A stretch of DNA of 32,000 bases from Mesoplasma florum L1 (GTDB taxonomy: Bacteria > Bacillota_I > Bacilli_A > Mycoplasmatales > Mycoplasmataceae). A program made the position numbers and the translations under genes. The stretch is taken from NCBI RefSeq assembly GCF_000008305.1, contig NC_006055.1, positions 600,001 to 632,000 on the forward strand. Reading direction: 5' to 3'. Below, one piece after another: positions 1 to 11,096 of the stretch. The notes below the pieces were generated by a model. That model did not search any database. It saw only the letters and a program-made list of their open reading frames with translations, and was not told the DNA's origin. The stretch's first letter is position 1. Each line of letters opens with the position of its first letter.

Positions 1-2203
1 CTAATTGAGTTTCTTCATACTCTTCTGACTCTGAATAATTAACTTTAGATTTATACATAATATCTAAAAGCTCATCACTTATTTGTAATGTTTCAGCTTC
101 TTCTTCTGATTGAGTTTTTGCTATAAATTCTTCTGAAGGTTTTTTATCTGGATTAATTCCTTTTTCTAAACCATCAAATCCTTCTGATCATGCATTAATT
201 CTTGAATAATCTAATGGTTCTAACTTACCTTCTTCAGCTAATTTTTGTACCATGTAATCACTAGGTACCATTAAGTCATAGTTGAATGTGTAAAGTTTAT
301 TATAAAGTGTTTCATTTGAATCATATTCTTGATAGTTAACTTTAACATTGTATTCTTTTTCAAATTCTTTAATTAAAGATGGATCAATATATTCTCCCCA
401 GTTACCAATAACTAAATCATAAATATTATTCATAACAAATGCCACAGTTAATCCTGTAAATGATACTAAGAATAAAAGTGACACTAAAAGTACTTTTCAA
501 CTTCTAGCAAAGAAACCTTTTGTAAAGTTTGCTTCATCAATATTTGTTGGGAAATATTTTTCTTTTTGTTTTGCTATAGCTAACTTAATATGTGTTACTT
601 TTTCATCTTTTGCTTTTATTAAATTATTTTGTTTTGTTTCAAATTTTACAAAAGCTTCATTTTTTAAATTAATTAATTCTTTATCATTTGGATTTTTTGA
701 AATTTTGTTATTTATTTTGCTTGTTACACTTATTTTTCTAAAAGCTTGTGTTGCAACTAAATCTAATCTACTTGCTAAATCATTAATTTTGTTTTCGTTA
801 ATTTGTTTAATGTCTTTCAATTTTTCAACAATCATTCTAAGTTTAAAGTTATTTTTTCCTTCTTCAACTTCAATTTTTCATTCTTCATAGTATTTAATTT
901 TTTTGTTATATCAATTAATAGTACTTTTTGAAGGATCAATTTCTGCTTTAAATTCTTTTTTAAGTTGTTTAATTTTTTTGTTAATTGAAGCGGCTTTTTC
1001 TTTAGCTTCTTTTTCTTTTTCATTTAATCATGCAACTTCTTCAGAAAGGAATGTTACTTTTTCTTCTATTTTTTCTAACTGAATAGAAATCTTAGCTGCT
1101 TTCTTAATATCTGTTGTTTTAGATAATTGTTTTTCAAGTTGTTTTTGTTTTGCAATTGCTTTTTTCAATCTAGCACCATATCTTTTTTCACGGTTAATTG
1201 TATTTTGCAATTTATATCTTTTTCATTCTAATTTTGCTATTTTTTTATCATAGTTTTTTGAATTAGCAATTTTAAGTTTAAATTTCAATACGTAAAACTT
1301 AAATCATATTGATAAGTTGAAAGAAATCTTTCTTTTTGTACCAGTATTCAATGAATCTGTTAACATTTGAATTTCTTTTTCTAATTTATATATTTCTTTA
1401 GTTTTATATGTACCATTTTTAATTTGTAATTTTGTTGTTTCTTTTTTATCTTGAGCAAATAAGAAAGCGTTTCAAATAATTACACCTGCTGCAATGATTC
1501 CTACCATCATTGTTCCAAATGCAAAAATATAAGGTTTAATTCTTTTTGCTGAATAAATAAATGACGCAACGTTTGTTTGAGCTCCACCTGTAAAGTATGA
1601 AATGATGAAGTCATCAAAACTCATTGCAAATGCTATGATAGTTGCAATAATAATTGCTGGTTTTAAAATAGGTAAAATAATTTTAAATATAACAGTACTT
1701 GTTTTAGCACCTAAATCATAACTAGCTTCAACTATTGATTTATCTACTTTTCTAAGTCTTGGCATAACTGTAATTAAAACATACGGAACGTTGAATGAAA
1801 CGTGGGCCATAATTAAAGTTAAAATACCAAATTTTAATCCACATATCAAAAATACTACCATTAAAGCAACAGCTGTAATAATATCAGCATTAATTAATGG
1901 AATGTTTGCAATTGACATTCATTTGCTTTGTTTTCTTTTTGTTAATCTGCTAAGTCCAATAGCAGCCATAACTCCGATTACAACACTAATCATTGTTGAA
2001 ACTACAGCAACAAAAAGTGAAGTAATAATTGATTTAATAAAAGGTGAGTTTTTAAAAAACTCTTCGTATCATCTTGTACTAAAACCCATTCAGTTTGAAA
2101 CTGATGAACCACTATTGAAAGAAAATAATACCATGATTCCAATAGGGACATATATTACTAAAAGGATTAAAGCAAAGTAAGTTGATCTGACGAATCTTTT
2201 CAT
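1..2203 (-). CDS. potCD: Spermidine/putrescine ABC transporter, fused permease (PotC) and substrate-binding (PotD) protein; C-terminus runs off the left edge
   Basis: Continuous frame when TGA is read as Trp (ORFs 188..484, 497..835, 1028..1210 and 1472..1918 share one frame). Permease-like N-terminus MKRFVRSTYFALILLVIYVPIG; periplasmic-binding-like segment after a second TM (IGNWGEYIDPSLIKEFEKEYNVKVNYQEYDSNE...YDLMVPSDYMV). Upstream AAAGGAG. Confidence 0.9.
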
Positions 2204-3162
2204 GCTTTTGCTCCTTTCTTCTCAAATTTATTTGTAAAGAATTTAGAGACCATCATTAATAAGAATACCATTGCTGCCAATACTACACTTATCGCAGCTC
2301 CAAATCCAAAGTCACTTCCTTTAAAGAAATATGACTCAATAATTGATGTAATTAAATTGATTTTTCCATTACCCATGTATTGCACAACAATAAGTGATGT
2401 TGCAGCTTGTAATAATACTAAAGTAATAGCTGTAATAACTCCAGGCATTGATGATCTTAAAGTAACACCTCAAAATGTTTTATATTTTGAACACCCTAAG
2501 TCCATAGCTGCTTCTTCAATATCTCTTCTTCTTGAATCTAAAGAATCATAAATTGGAGTTATTGCAAAAGGAATAAACATATATGTCATCCCAATAATAA
2601 TTGCTATTTGTGTTCCTAAAGCACTTGGTGCCATGATTAAAAATAAACTTCTTAACCCTAGAACTTTTAATAACATTGAAATTCACATTGGCATTGTAAC
2701 TAATAATCACATATTTTTAGCCAATATTTTTGATTTCATTTCAGACATAATTAATGCAATAGGGTATCCTAAAAGAATACACATAACTGAAGCAATAAAT
2801 GCATAAGCGATTGTTAATCCCATTGACATCATAATATTTCCATTTTTAAATAATCTGATAAATTTTTCTAAACTTATCTCAAACATTTTTAAGTCACCAC
2901 TTGGTTGAACTATAGAATACACAACAATTGAAATGATAGGAATAATAACCAATAGAGTCATTACTATAAAAAATGGTAATAATATTGGTCAAACCTTACC
3001 TTTGGTAAAGTTAAATAATTTAGTTTTACCTAAAACTTTATTAATTTCTTTAATCTTTTGACGAACTTTTACTTTATTTTCACGAGCAATTTGATTATCA
3101 ATTGCTGTGTCTAATTGTTCTTGATCAAAAGTATTTGAAATTTGTTTTTCTTTTTTACTCAT
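2167..3162 (-). CDS. potB: Spermidine/putrescine ABC transporter permease PotB (~331 aa)
   Basis: TGA=Trp frame joining ORFs 2200..2448, 2470..2676 and 2707..2961. Hydrophobic permease with inner-membrane loop (IEEAAMDLGCSKYKTF...). Ends at TAA 2167, overlapping the potCD start; position between potA and potC. Confidence 0.88.
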
Positions 3163-3166
3163 TAAA

Positions 3167-4219
3167 CTATTCTACTTCTTTTCACATTACATGAATAGCT
3201 TCATCATTTCATTTAATAGATACTTTGTCATCTACTTTAAATGCTTGAGTTGTGTGTATTTTTCAAATTCTTTTTTTAGTTGTTTCAACCAATAATTCTC
3301 AGTGCACTCCTTTAAAAGTTGTGTGCATAACTGTTCCATTAAAAAAACCTGCATTTGTTTTTTTAATTTCAATATCTTCTGGTCTAATTACTATGTCAAT
3401 TGACTTTTCATTTTCACCAAAGTTAGTATCATCACAAACAAATGTTTTTCCATCTATTTGAACTTTATTATCTTCAATAAAGATTCCATCTTCAATAATG
3501 TTTGATTGTCCGATGAATTTTGCTACTCATAGATTTTCTGGTTCATTATAAATGTCTTCAGGTGTACCAATCTGTTGTATTGAACCTTCGTTCATAACAA
3601 CAACACGATCACTAATGCTTAAAGCTTCTTCTTGATCATGAGATACCATTAAAAATGTAATACCTATTTCTCTTTGTAATCTTTTTAATTCTTCACGCAT
3701 ATGTTGTCTTAACTGAACATCAAGTGCTGCTAATGGTTCATCTAATAATAAAACTTTTGGTTTCATAACTAAAGCTCTTGCAATTGCTACACGTTGTTTT
3801 TGTCCACCAGAAAGATCATTGATATTTCTATCTTCAAAACCTTCTAATCCAACTTGTCTTATTTGTTTTAAAACTTCACGTTGTAAAATATCTTTTTTAG
3901 TTTTTTTAGTTCTCAAACCAAACGCAATGTTATCAAACACATTTAAATGTGGAAATAGTGCATAAGATTGAAAAATTGTATTAAATTGTCTTTTGTTAAT
4001 TGGAATTGGCAATAAGTCTTTGCCTTCAAACATAATTTGTCCACTATTTGGTTTTTCAAAACCAGCTACGATTCTTAAAGTTGTTGTTTTACCACAACCT
4101 GAAGGTCCTAAAAGAGTAATAAATTCTCCTTCTTTGATATTTAAATCTATACCTTTTAAAACAACTTTACCATCATAGTCTTTAGTCACATTACGTAACT
4201 CTAAGATGTTATTTTCCAT
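3167..4219 (-). CDS. potA: Spermidine/putrescine ABC transporter ATP-binding protein PotA (~350 aa)
   Basis: Walker [10 protein letters not shown], signature [15 protein letters not shown], Walker [14 protein letters not shown]-terminus continues through TGA codons to TAG at 3167. Start at MENNILEL preceded by AGAGGAG. Confidence 0.93.
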
Positions 4220-4318
4220 TTTGGTCTCCTCTTTTTTCTTCATATATGATTGTTGAGTTTAAACTCAAAAAAACATGTCATTATATGACAAAATAGAAGT
4301 CGTTATTAATAAGACTTC

Positions 4319-4450
4319 CTACTTAAGGGAGAGACTTTCAGTTTCTAAAATAGTTTCAAAAATTTGGGTATGGCTAAATGCAACATCTAATCATTCAAGA
4401 ATTAGATATTGTTGTGAATTTGAAATTTCTCTAAATTGTAATAAATTCAT
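4319..4450 (-). CDS. Small ORF, 43 aa, unknown function, in the leader region upstream of potA
   Basis: Minus-strand ATG at 4450 with an almost ideal Shine-Dalgarno (AAAAGGAGGTAAGCTATG). Encodes MNLLQFREISNSQQYLILEWLDVAFSHTQIFETILETESLSLK ending TAG. Not in the supplied ORF track because it is short. Confidence 0.45.
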
Positions 4451-4537
4451 AGCTTACCTCCTTTTAAAACAACTAAATAAATTTTATATTAATTATTTAA
4501 AAAATGGTAAAAATGTTTGGATTTAAAGTATTAAAAA

Positions 4538-4559
4538 ATGAAGCTAAAAAAGCTTCATT
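4538..4559 (-). terminator. Intrinsic terminator downstream of the HAD hydrolase
   Basis: AATGAAGCT / AGCTTCATT stem followed by a T run on the minus strand. Confidence 0.75.
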
Positions 4560-4571
4560 AAAAATAATAGA

Positions 4572-5411
4572 TTATTTAAAAATATTTTTAAATAAATAAT
4601 CTCCTACTCCACCTTCTCCGGCAGTTAAATCTGTAACATCATCAGCAGCTTCCTTAACGATATCTTTTGCATTTTTCATAGCAATCCCTTTACCTGCTCA
4701 TTTAATTGCTGCTATGTCATTCTCTCCGTCTCCAAAGTAAATAACATCTTTAGCATCGATGTTTAATTGCTCTGTAACATATTTTAAACCGTATGCTTTA
4801 TCAACTCCAATTGGATTTAATTCGATATTAGCATGTGCGTCTGAAACATAACTAAATGCAAAAATAGAAATATTATTCTTTTCAGCTAATTCTCTGAATT
4901 TATCCATATGTTTGGCTTTCCCAAAACATATAAATTTACTTACTTTCAATTTGCTAAAATCTGTTTTTTTATTATAACTAATTAATTTTTGTCTTTTTGT
5001 TTTAAACTTCATAAAAGTTCTAAATGCACTTATTTTTTTATTGCAGTAAGCATATTTTTCATTTTCAGAATATGCAAAAATTCTAATTTTATTTTCATTA
5101 GCACAATCAAATAATTCTTTTGTTAATTTTGTGTCAAAAGATACTGTGTAATAAATTTTTAATTCGCCTTTATTTTTATGATTAAAACTGAAAGATTGAC
5201 CACCGTTTTGTGAAACAAATGGGTATGAAGAATTTTCAATTTGTAATTCTTTTGCAATGTGATGTATTGTTGTTAAATTTCTACCTGTTGCTATTATTAC
5301 TGGTATGTTTAGTTCTTTTGCTTTTAAGATTGCATCTTTTGTTGTTTGGTGAATTCCAGTTTTATGATCTAAGACCGTTCCATCGATATCGATTGCTATC
5401 ATTTTTATCAT
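4572..5411 (-). CDS. Cof-type HAD-superfamily hydrolase (~279 aa)
   Basis: N-terminal DIDGTVLD motif, IIATGRN, C-terminal [10 protein letters not shown]; TGA=Trp frame ends at TAA 4572. Confidence 0.88.
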
Positions 5412-5470
5412 TTAAGTTACCTCTTTGTATTTAAATAAATTATACTTTATGCAGCATTAATAAAAAAGAA

Positions 5471-5491
5471 AACTAAGAATAAATCTTAGTT
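5471..5491 (-). terminator. Intrinsic terminator at the end of the sucrose operon (scrK)
   Basis: AACTAAGA / TCTTAGTT stem, loop ATAAA, A/T tracts on both sides. Confidence 0.7.
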
Positions 5492-5494
5492 TTT

Positions 5495-6415
5495 TTAATT
5501 CAAATGTTCTAGGAAACTTAATGCTCCTAAATATTGAACAGTTTGGTTGGCAAACATATTTGATTTTTTAATAATTTTAGTTATTTCTTCTGTTGAAAAA
5601 TTTGCGTCAACATCGATAGAAACATATTCACTTATTAAATTTGAAATGAAAGCATCGCCAGCTCCAGTAGTATCAACTAAATGTTCAGCTAATATTGTTG
5701 GAACATAGTTTATTTGATTTTTTCATCCAAAAATAGTATCTTCACACCCACGTGTTATACAAACTAATGCATTTGGGTTTCTTTGCATTATTGTTCTAAC
5801 TGCTTCTTCTTGGTTTCCAATTTCTGTTAACAATAATAATTCATCTTCTGAAAATTTTATTAAACTTGCTTTATCCATAAATTTTTGGCAATGATTTTTA
5901 AAATTTTTAATTTCTTGATCCGTAACTCAAAGTTTATCTCTAAAGTTTGGGTCAAAAGAAAATTTTATATTATTTTTAATAGCGAATTCAAATAGCTCAT
6001 TGTATGATTCTTTTAAATTACCTTCTAAAAAACCTGTTGCACTTCCAAAATGTATAAAATCTATTTTTGAAAGTTTTTCATTTGATTCTTTTGAAAGACT
6101 ATACTCAGCATCACTATTTCTTATGAATTGAAAAAATCTTTCTTTATTTTCATCTAGTGTAACTTTAGCAATAGTTGTTGGCTTATCACTCTCTTGAATA
6201 AAATCTTCTTTAACATTAAATTTTTTAACGAAATCTTTTATTGGTGATACAAACTCATCATTACCAAGACTACCCATAAAATAACTGTTATTTTGTTTTA
6301 AAGCACCTATTGAACAAGCAACATTAAATGATGCTCCACCAACTTCACTTTTAATTGTGTTATTTTCTGAATAAACATCCATTAACACTTCTCCAATTGA
6401 AACTATATTTTTCAT
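5495..6415 (-). CDS. scrK: Fructokinase, PfkB family (~306 aa)
   Basis: MKNIVSIGEVLMDVYSE...GGASFNVACSIGALKQNNSYFMGSLGND; C-terminal DTTGAGDAF motif in the translation past the TGA at 5927. Confidence 0.85.
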
Positions 6416-6416
6416 A

Positions 6417-7868
6417 TTATTGTCCTTTTATCTCATTCTTGAATATTATATTATTTCAATTATATGAATACCCTTTTAATTGATTAATTTTTACATTTTT
6501 TAAATTTGTTAGAATTTTGTTATGTTCATTTATATAGAATCTTACTGAAACAGCATGTTCACCTTCATTAATAAAGATTTCCATAACACTTCTATCTACT
6601 AAAATTCTGATACTTTGAACATTTAAATCATCTAAGTTAATTAAAGGAGGTAAATTTTCATCATCTTTGAAAGTTGTTTCAGATCTATCTATTATAAATT
6701 TATTGTTAATATTAGATATTTTTATATTTTCGTTTTTTTCATTTTTTATTAATATTTCAAATTCATTATTAATATCGGTTGCACTTATTTCAGTTAAACC
6801 ATTTTCATATGCATAAACATTTTCAAAACCTTTAATTTCATTTACTCTTAGTTCATCCAATTCTTTTATTGGTAGTTGATATAATTTATTATTTTTAACA
6901 AATAAATCTCTTGGAACTGTTAGTTGATTACTTCATGTTGTAAGCTCTGGTGGGAATGGATTGGATTTTGAGTTACCTAATCATCCTAACATAATTACTC
7001 TTTCTCCAGTATTACTAAATACTTGTGGGGCATAAAAGTCAAAACCTAAATCAATTTTTAATAAACTAGTTTTATAAGTGAAATTTATATCATTATCAAT
7101 TTCAACTTCTCTATATTTAACATAGTGACTTCCATCTTTTAATGGTGCATCTTGTTCTAAACATGCGAAAACATATTCTCTTCCATCCAATTTAAAATAA
7201 TTAGGACATTCTAGCATGTAAGCATTTTGTTCATCAGCTTCATCAAATTTAATATCTTTGAAATTTTCTCAATTTGATCCATTAAATCTATAAACATTTA
7301 GCATTGCTTTTAAATCTTTTGTTTGAGCTCCGTTAAGCATATACAATTGATTATTTTTTTCAAAAACAATTGGATCTCTATAGTGACCTGTATATTTAGT
7401 TAAATCTGCTTCAAAAAGTAATTCTTTTGTTACTAATTTTTCTTTTAAATCTATAAATGCTTTTAATGTATATGCTGTTCTATCAACATCATTAAACTTT
7501 ATATTACCTGTATAGTATATTTCAATTTCATCATTTTCATTTATTCTAGCGCTTCCTGAAAAAACTCCATTAATATCATATTTTGTTGAAGGTATTAAAG
7601 TTAAACCTTCATAGTTGTAATTAATAAAATCAGTTGTTGTATATAATGCTCATGATTTATTAAAATGTTGAATACTAAATGGGCAGCTTTGCATAAAGAT
7701 ATAATATTTTCCTTTATGGTATGTTAATCCATTAGGGTCATTAGTAGAACCTGAATATCCAGCTAAATGAAACTGATTATTGTATCAATCGCTTTGTTTT
7801 TTATCATGTCATTTTTGAATATCTTCAAGATCATTATTGCTTATTAAGCTATATTTTTCTTTTTGCAT
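6417..7868 (-). CDS. sacA: Glycoside hydrolase family 32 enzyme, sucrose-6-phosphate hydrolase-like, copy 1 (~483 aa)
   Basis: N-terminal FHLAGYSGSTNDPNGLTYHKGKYYIF (WMNDPNG-like GH32 block), YRDPIVF, and MLECPNYF (ECP block). Confidence 0.88.
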
Positions 7869-7872
7869 GTCA

Positions 7873-9591
7873 TTACTCCGCTTTGTTTTTTCTAAATTTG
7901 ATTTTGTCAAATTTTACTTTTGCTTTTAACTCATCAAATTTTAAACCTAATTTGGTTTTTTTAGCTTCTACTCCTTCTTTAAATAAGAAGAATGTTAATA
8001 AGAATGCTGAACTAAAGGCTATAATGTTAACACCTATAATTCCCAATAATTTAACTCAATCTCCTGTATAAAGTAATAATCCAGGTACTACAGTTACTCC
8101 CATTCCTGGACATGTAACATTCAATGCTCCTGCAAATAGACCACCAAAGAATGCACCAATAGATGCATATATAAATGGTTTTACTTTAGGCAAGTTTGTA
8201 CCAAATATAGCAGGTTCTGTAATTCCAAAGAATGTTGAAAGTGCTGCAGAAAAACCTAATTCTTTATCTGATTTGTCTTTAGCTTTTATAGCTATCGCCA
8301 TTGCAGCTCCACCCTGTGAAATAATTGATGCTGTTCATATTGCATTAAATATTGAACCCGCAGGGTCTGCCCCGTTAGCTCCTGGTAAACTTCCATCAAT
8401 AACAAGTTGCATTTCAAGTCCTTGTAATACTTGGTGACAACCAGTAATAACAATACCTTGTAAAAGACCTGCAATAATAGCTGTTCCAAATCCGTATTTA
8501 ATTCCTAATATTGCTTTTGTTGCAATTAATATTCCTTGTTCAACCATTAATAAAATTGGTCCAAAGAAAAATAACGCAATTAATAAAGCAAATGAAATGG
8601 TTAAGAATGGAGTAAAAATCATATTTACTGATTTAGGCATTCATGATTTAATTCATTTTTCTAAATATGCTACTACAATACCTATTATTAAAGCTGGTAA
8701 AACTGAACCTTGGTAACCTGTAATAGGTATTATTCAAAATTTTATAGCTGTTATTGGCGCACCCATTGTTGCATTAACTAAAATTTCTTTTGACTCATCA
8801 TCAATTATTGGAGCAGTTCCCATTCATTTTAAACCTGCATTATTTCAATAATCATATATTTGATTTATATTTAAACCTTTACTTGATTGATCATTAAAGA
8901 AATCTAATTGTGCATTGTATGCTGCAATTGATCCTTTGTTTGGCAATAACGGACTAACTAACATTAATCCAATAATAATACCTAATACAGGATTTCCACC
9001 AAATCTTTTAACAGTTGATCAACAAACTAAAACTGCTAATGAGTCAAATGCTGTTTTAGTAATAATATCAACAATAATTCATAATAATGAATTAAGTTCA
9101 GCTCCTGATGGGTTTAAAATTCTTTTTAATAATGCAGCCACACCCATTGCTAATCCAGCCGCTACAATAGCAGGAATGATAGGAACAAATATGTCTCCTA
9201 AAACTCTCATACCTTTTTGGATTTGTCCAAAAAATCCTGATTTATTTCTTAAAGCTTCTTTATTGGCTTTAGCTTGTAATTTAAAGTCTTCTAATTTATC
9301 ATTGCTCAATTTTTCATCTAGTGATAAATTACTTACTTCCATTTCTTTTTGAACTTCTTCATAAACAGCTTCAACAACACCACTACCTAAAATAATTTGT
9401 AGTTGATTTTGTGAATAGTTTATTCCTTTTGTTAATGGAGAGGCTTTTATTTCAGCTTCATTAACTTTTGTTTTATCAATAAGATTTAATCTTAATCTTG
9501 TAACACAGTGAAGGTAAGACTCAATGTTTGACTTACCTCCAACTGCTTTGATAAAACGCTTGGCTTCAAACGCATAATCTTTCTTTTTCAT
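7873..9591 (-). CDS. scrA: PTS sugar transporter EIIBC, sucrose-like, copy 1 (~572 aa)
   Basis: EIIB domain: YLHCVTRLRLNLIDKTKVNEAEI...INYSQNQLQIILGSGVVEAVYEEV. EIIC multi-TM region with ITEPAIFGTNLP. Adjacent to the GH32 enzyme and fructokinase. Confidence 0.87.
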
Positions 9592-9610
9592 TTTTTCCTC
9601 TTTTATATTT

Positions 9611-10309
9611 TTATTTTCTTCACTCTATAAAATCTCATTTGAAAAATTTAGGCTTATACCTACTTAATCTATATTCAAGTAGTTCTCCAAAAATTCCATA
9701 AACATTCCCCTCATCAACAATAAAACCATTCAAACTATCATCATTAAAAATGCGAAGTAGTTCGTTATCTCTTGTATCTTCAAAATATATTTTTTTTGAA
9801 GAGTGACTAACTTTAGAAGGTGTTTCAGACTCAACAAATTTCATTAAACCATTTTCATTTAAATAATTTAATGTCAAATTTTTATAAATTGATTTAGGTA
9901 CAAAACTCTCTTGATATAAAATAACCTCATTTGTATCTTTGTCTTTTCTTACACATTTAAAAAAGTAAACGTCAGTTCCTATATAAAAATTTGTTTTTTT
10001 TGATAGTGATTCATCTACTTTAATTTCTTTAAGTTCGTAATATTTATTTATTGAATTAGGGAATAATTCTCTAAAACTAAATAATAAGTTATTTTTTATT
10101 TTTTCTTGAACTACATATCCTTTACCATTAACTGGCTTAACAATTTGTAATTCTATTAGTTTATTGAATGCTATTCTTATTGGTTGTTCACTATACTTAA
10201 ATTTTGTTTTAAGCATATTTTGACTAGGTAATATTTCACCTGGCTGAACCTTATTCTCTCTAATTAGATGCATCAAATAATCAAATACTATCTCTCATTT
10301 TTTATTCAT
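9611..10309 (-). CDS. GntR-family transcriptional regulator with UTRA-type effector domain (~232 aa)
   Basis: MNKKWEIVFDYLMHLIRENKVQPGEILPSQNMLKTKFKYSEQPIRIAFNKLIELQIVKPVNGKGYVV winged-HTH pattern; first gene of the sucrose operon. Confidence 0.85.
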
Positions 10310-10335
10310 TTATTTTTCCTCATTTAATAAAATTA

Positions 10336-10357
10336 ATTATACTTTTTTTGAAAAAGT
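10336..10357 (-). promoter_or_regulatory. Candidate -10 box with adjoining inverted repeat upstream of the gntR operon
   Basis: Minus-strand TATAAT (plus ATTATA 10336-10341) abuts ACTTTTT-TTG-AAAAAGT (10341-10357). Confidence 0.35.
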
Positions 10358-10530
10358 AAATTCTATATTTTTAATCAAATATTCAAATAGAATAAAAATT
10401 GATTTAACTTAATATTTATTTTTCTCTTTTAATGCAAAATATTGTTTTAAACATTATTTTTGCTATTTTAATTTTATTAAATTAAATATTAATGAAAATA
10501 CCTATGATTATAACTTTTGATATAAAAAAA

Positions 10531-10550
10531 AAGAAGCTCTTAAGCTTCTT
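10531..10550 (-). terminator. Intrinsic terminator overlapping the stop codon of the small membrane protein gene
   Basis: AAGAAGCT / AGCTTCTT stem followed by 7-8 T on the minus strand. Confidence 0.75.
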
Positions 10551-11010
10551 CGATTAGATCATTTGATTTTTTAGTTTCATTTTTAAAGAATATTATTTTG
10601 ATTTGTGGCTGTATTGTAATGCTGTAACCAACAAGTAATAACAACATAACTCCAAACACTTTTCATGTATCAGAATCTTGATTGATAACAAAAGTAATAT
10701 CAGCAGCCATCATCATCGCTGTAGCAATTGTTAATACAATTAATGTTGTAATGCTAATAATCATTGTTTGAAATGGTTTTCTAAAAAATAATTTTAGAAT
10801 AGGTAATATCATTGATGCTCAAACCAAAATTATTCCAGTTAAAGCTAACGCAAAGTATTGTTTATTATTTTGTGTATATTCTGTAACACCTGATAAATTA
10901 ACACCGTCTCTAAAACCAATGCTATAAAAAGCTACTAAAGCTAATATACCAAAAATCATGACATTGATACATACAGCCATATTTAAAATAAGTTTTTTAA
11001 AATTTTTCAT
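10540..11010 (-). CDS. Small multi-pass membrane protein, unknown function (~156 aa)
   Basis: Four hydrophobic segments (MKNFKKLILNMAVCINVMIFGILALVAFYSIGF...; FALTGIILVWASMILPILKLFF...; ITTLIVLTIATAMMMAAD...; VFGVMLLLLVGYSITI). Confidence 0.75.
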
Positions 11011-11064
11011 ATTATCCTCTTTCTTTATTATATTATTATACTATTTATTTATTTTAAAAATAAA

Positions 11065-11088
11065 AATAACGATCTTAATCTCGTTATT
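11065..11088 (-). terminator. Intrinsic terminator downstream of ptsI
   Basis: AATAACGA / TCGTTATT stem followed by TTTATTTTT on the minus strand. Confidence 0.7.
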
Positions 11089-11096
11089 CTCAAATA

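Noticed and set aside
832-1023. Lys-rich minus ORF MKKKKKLKKKPLQLTKKL...
   Set aside because: Different frame from the continuous PotCD frame, which reads through this interval with TGA=Trp.
4275-4526. Plus-strand ORF of 83 aa opposite the pot leader
   Set aside because: No convincing SD or similarity. The opposite strand has the small ORF with the strong SD plus the palindromes, which better explain the region.
8292-8489. Minus-strand ORF MEQLLLQVFYKVLLLLVVTKYYKD... overlapping EIIBC
   Set aside because: Out-of-frame within the intact EIIBC gene.
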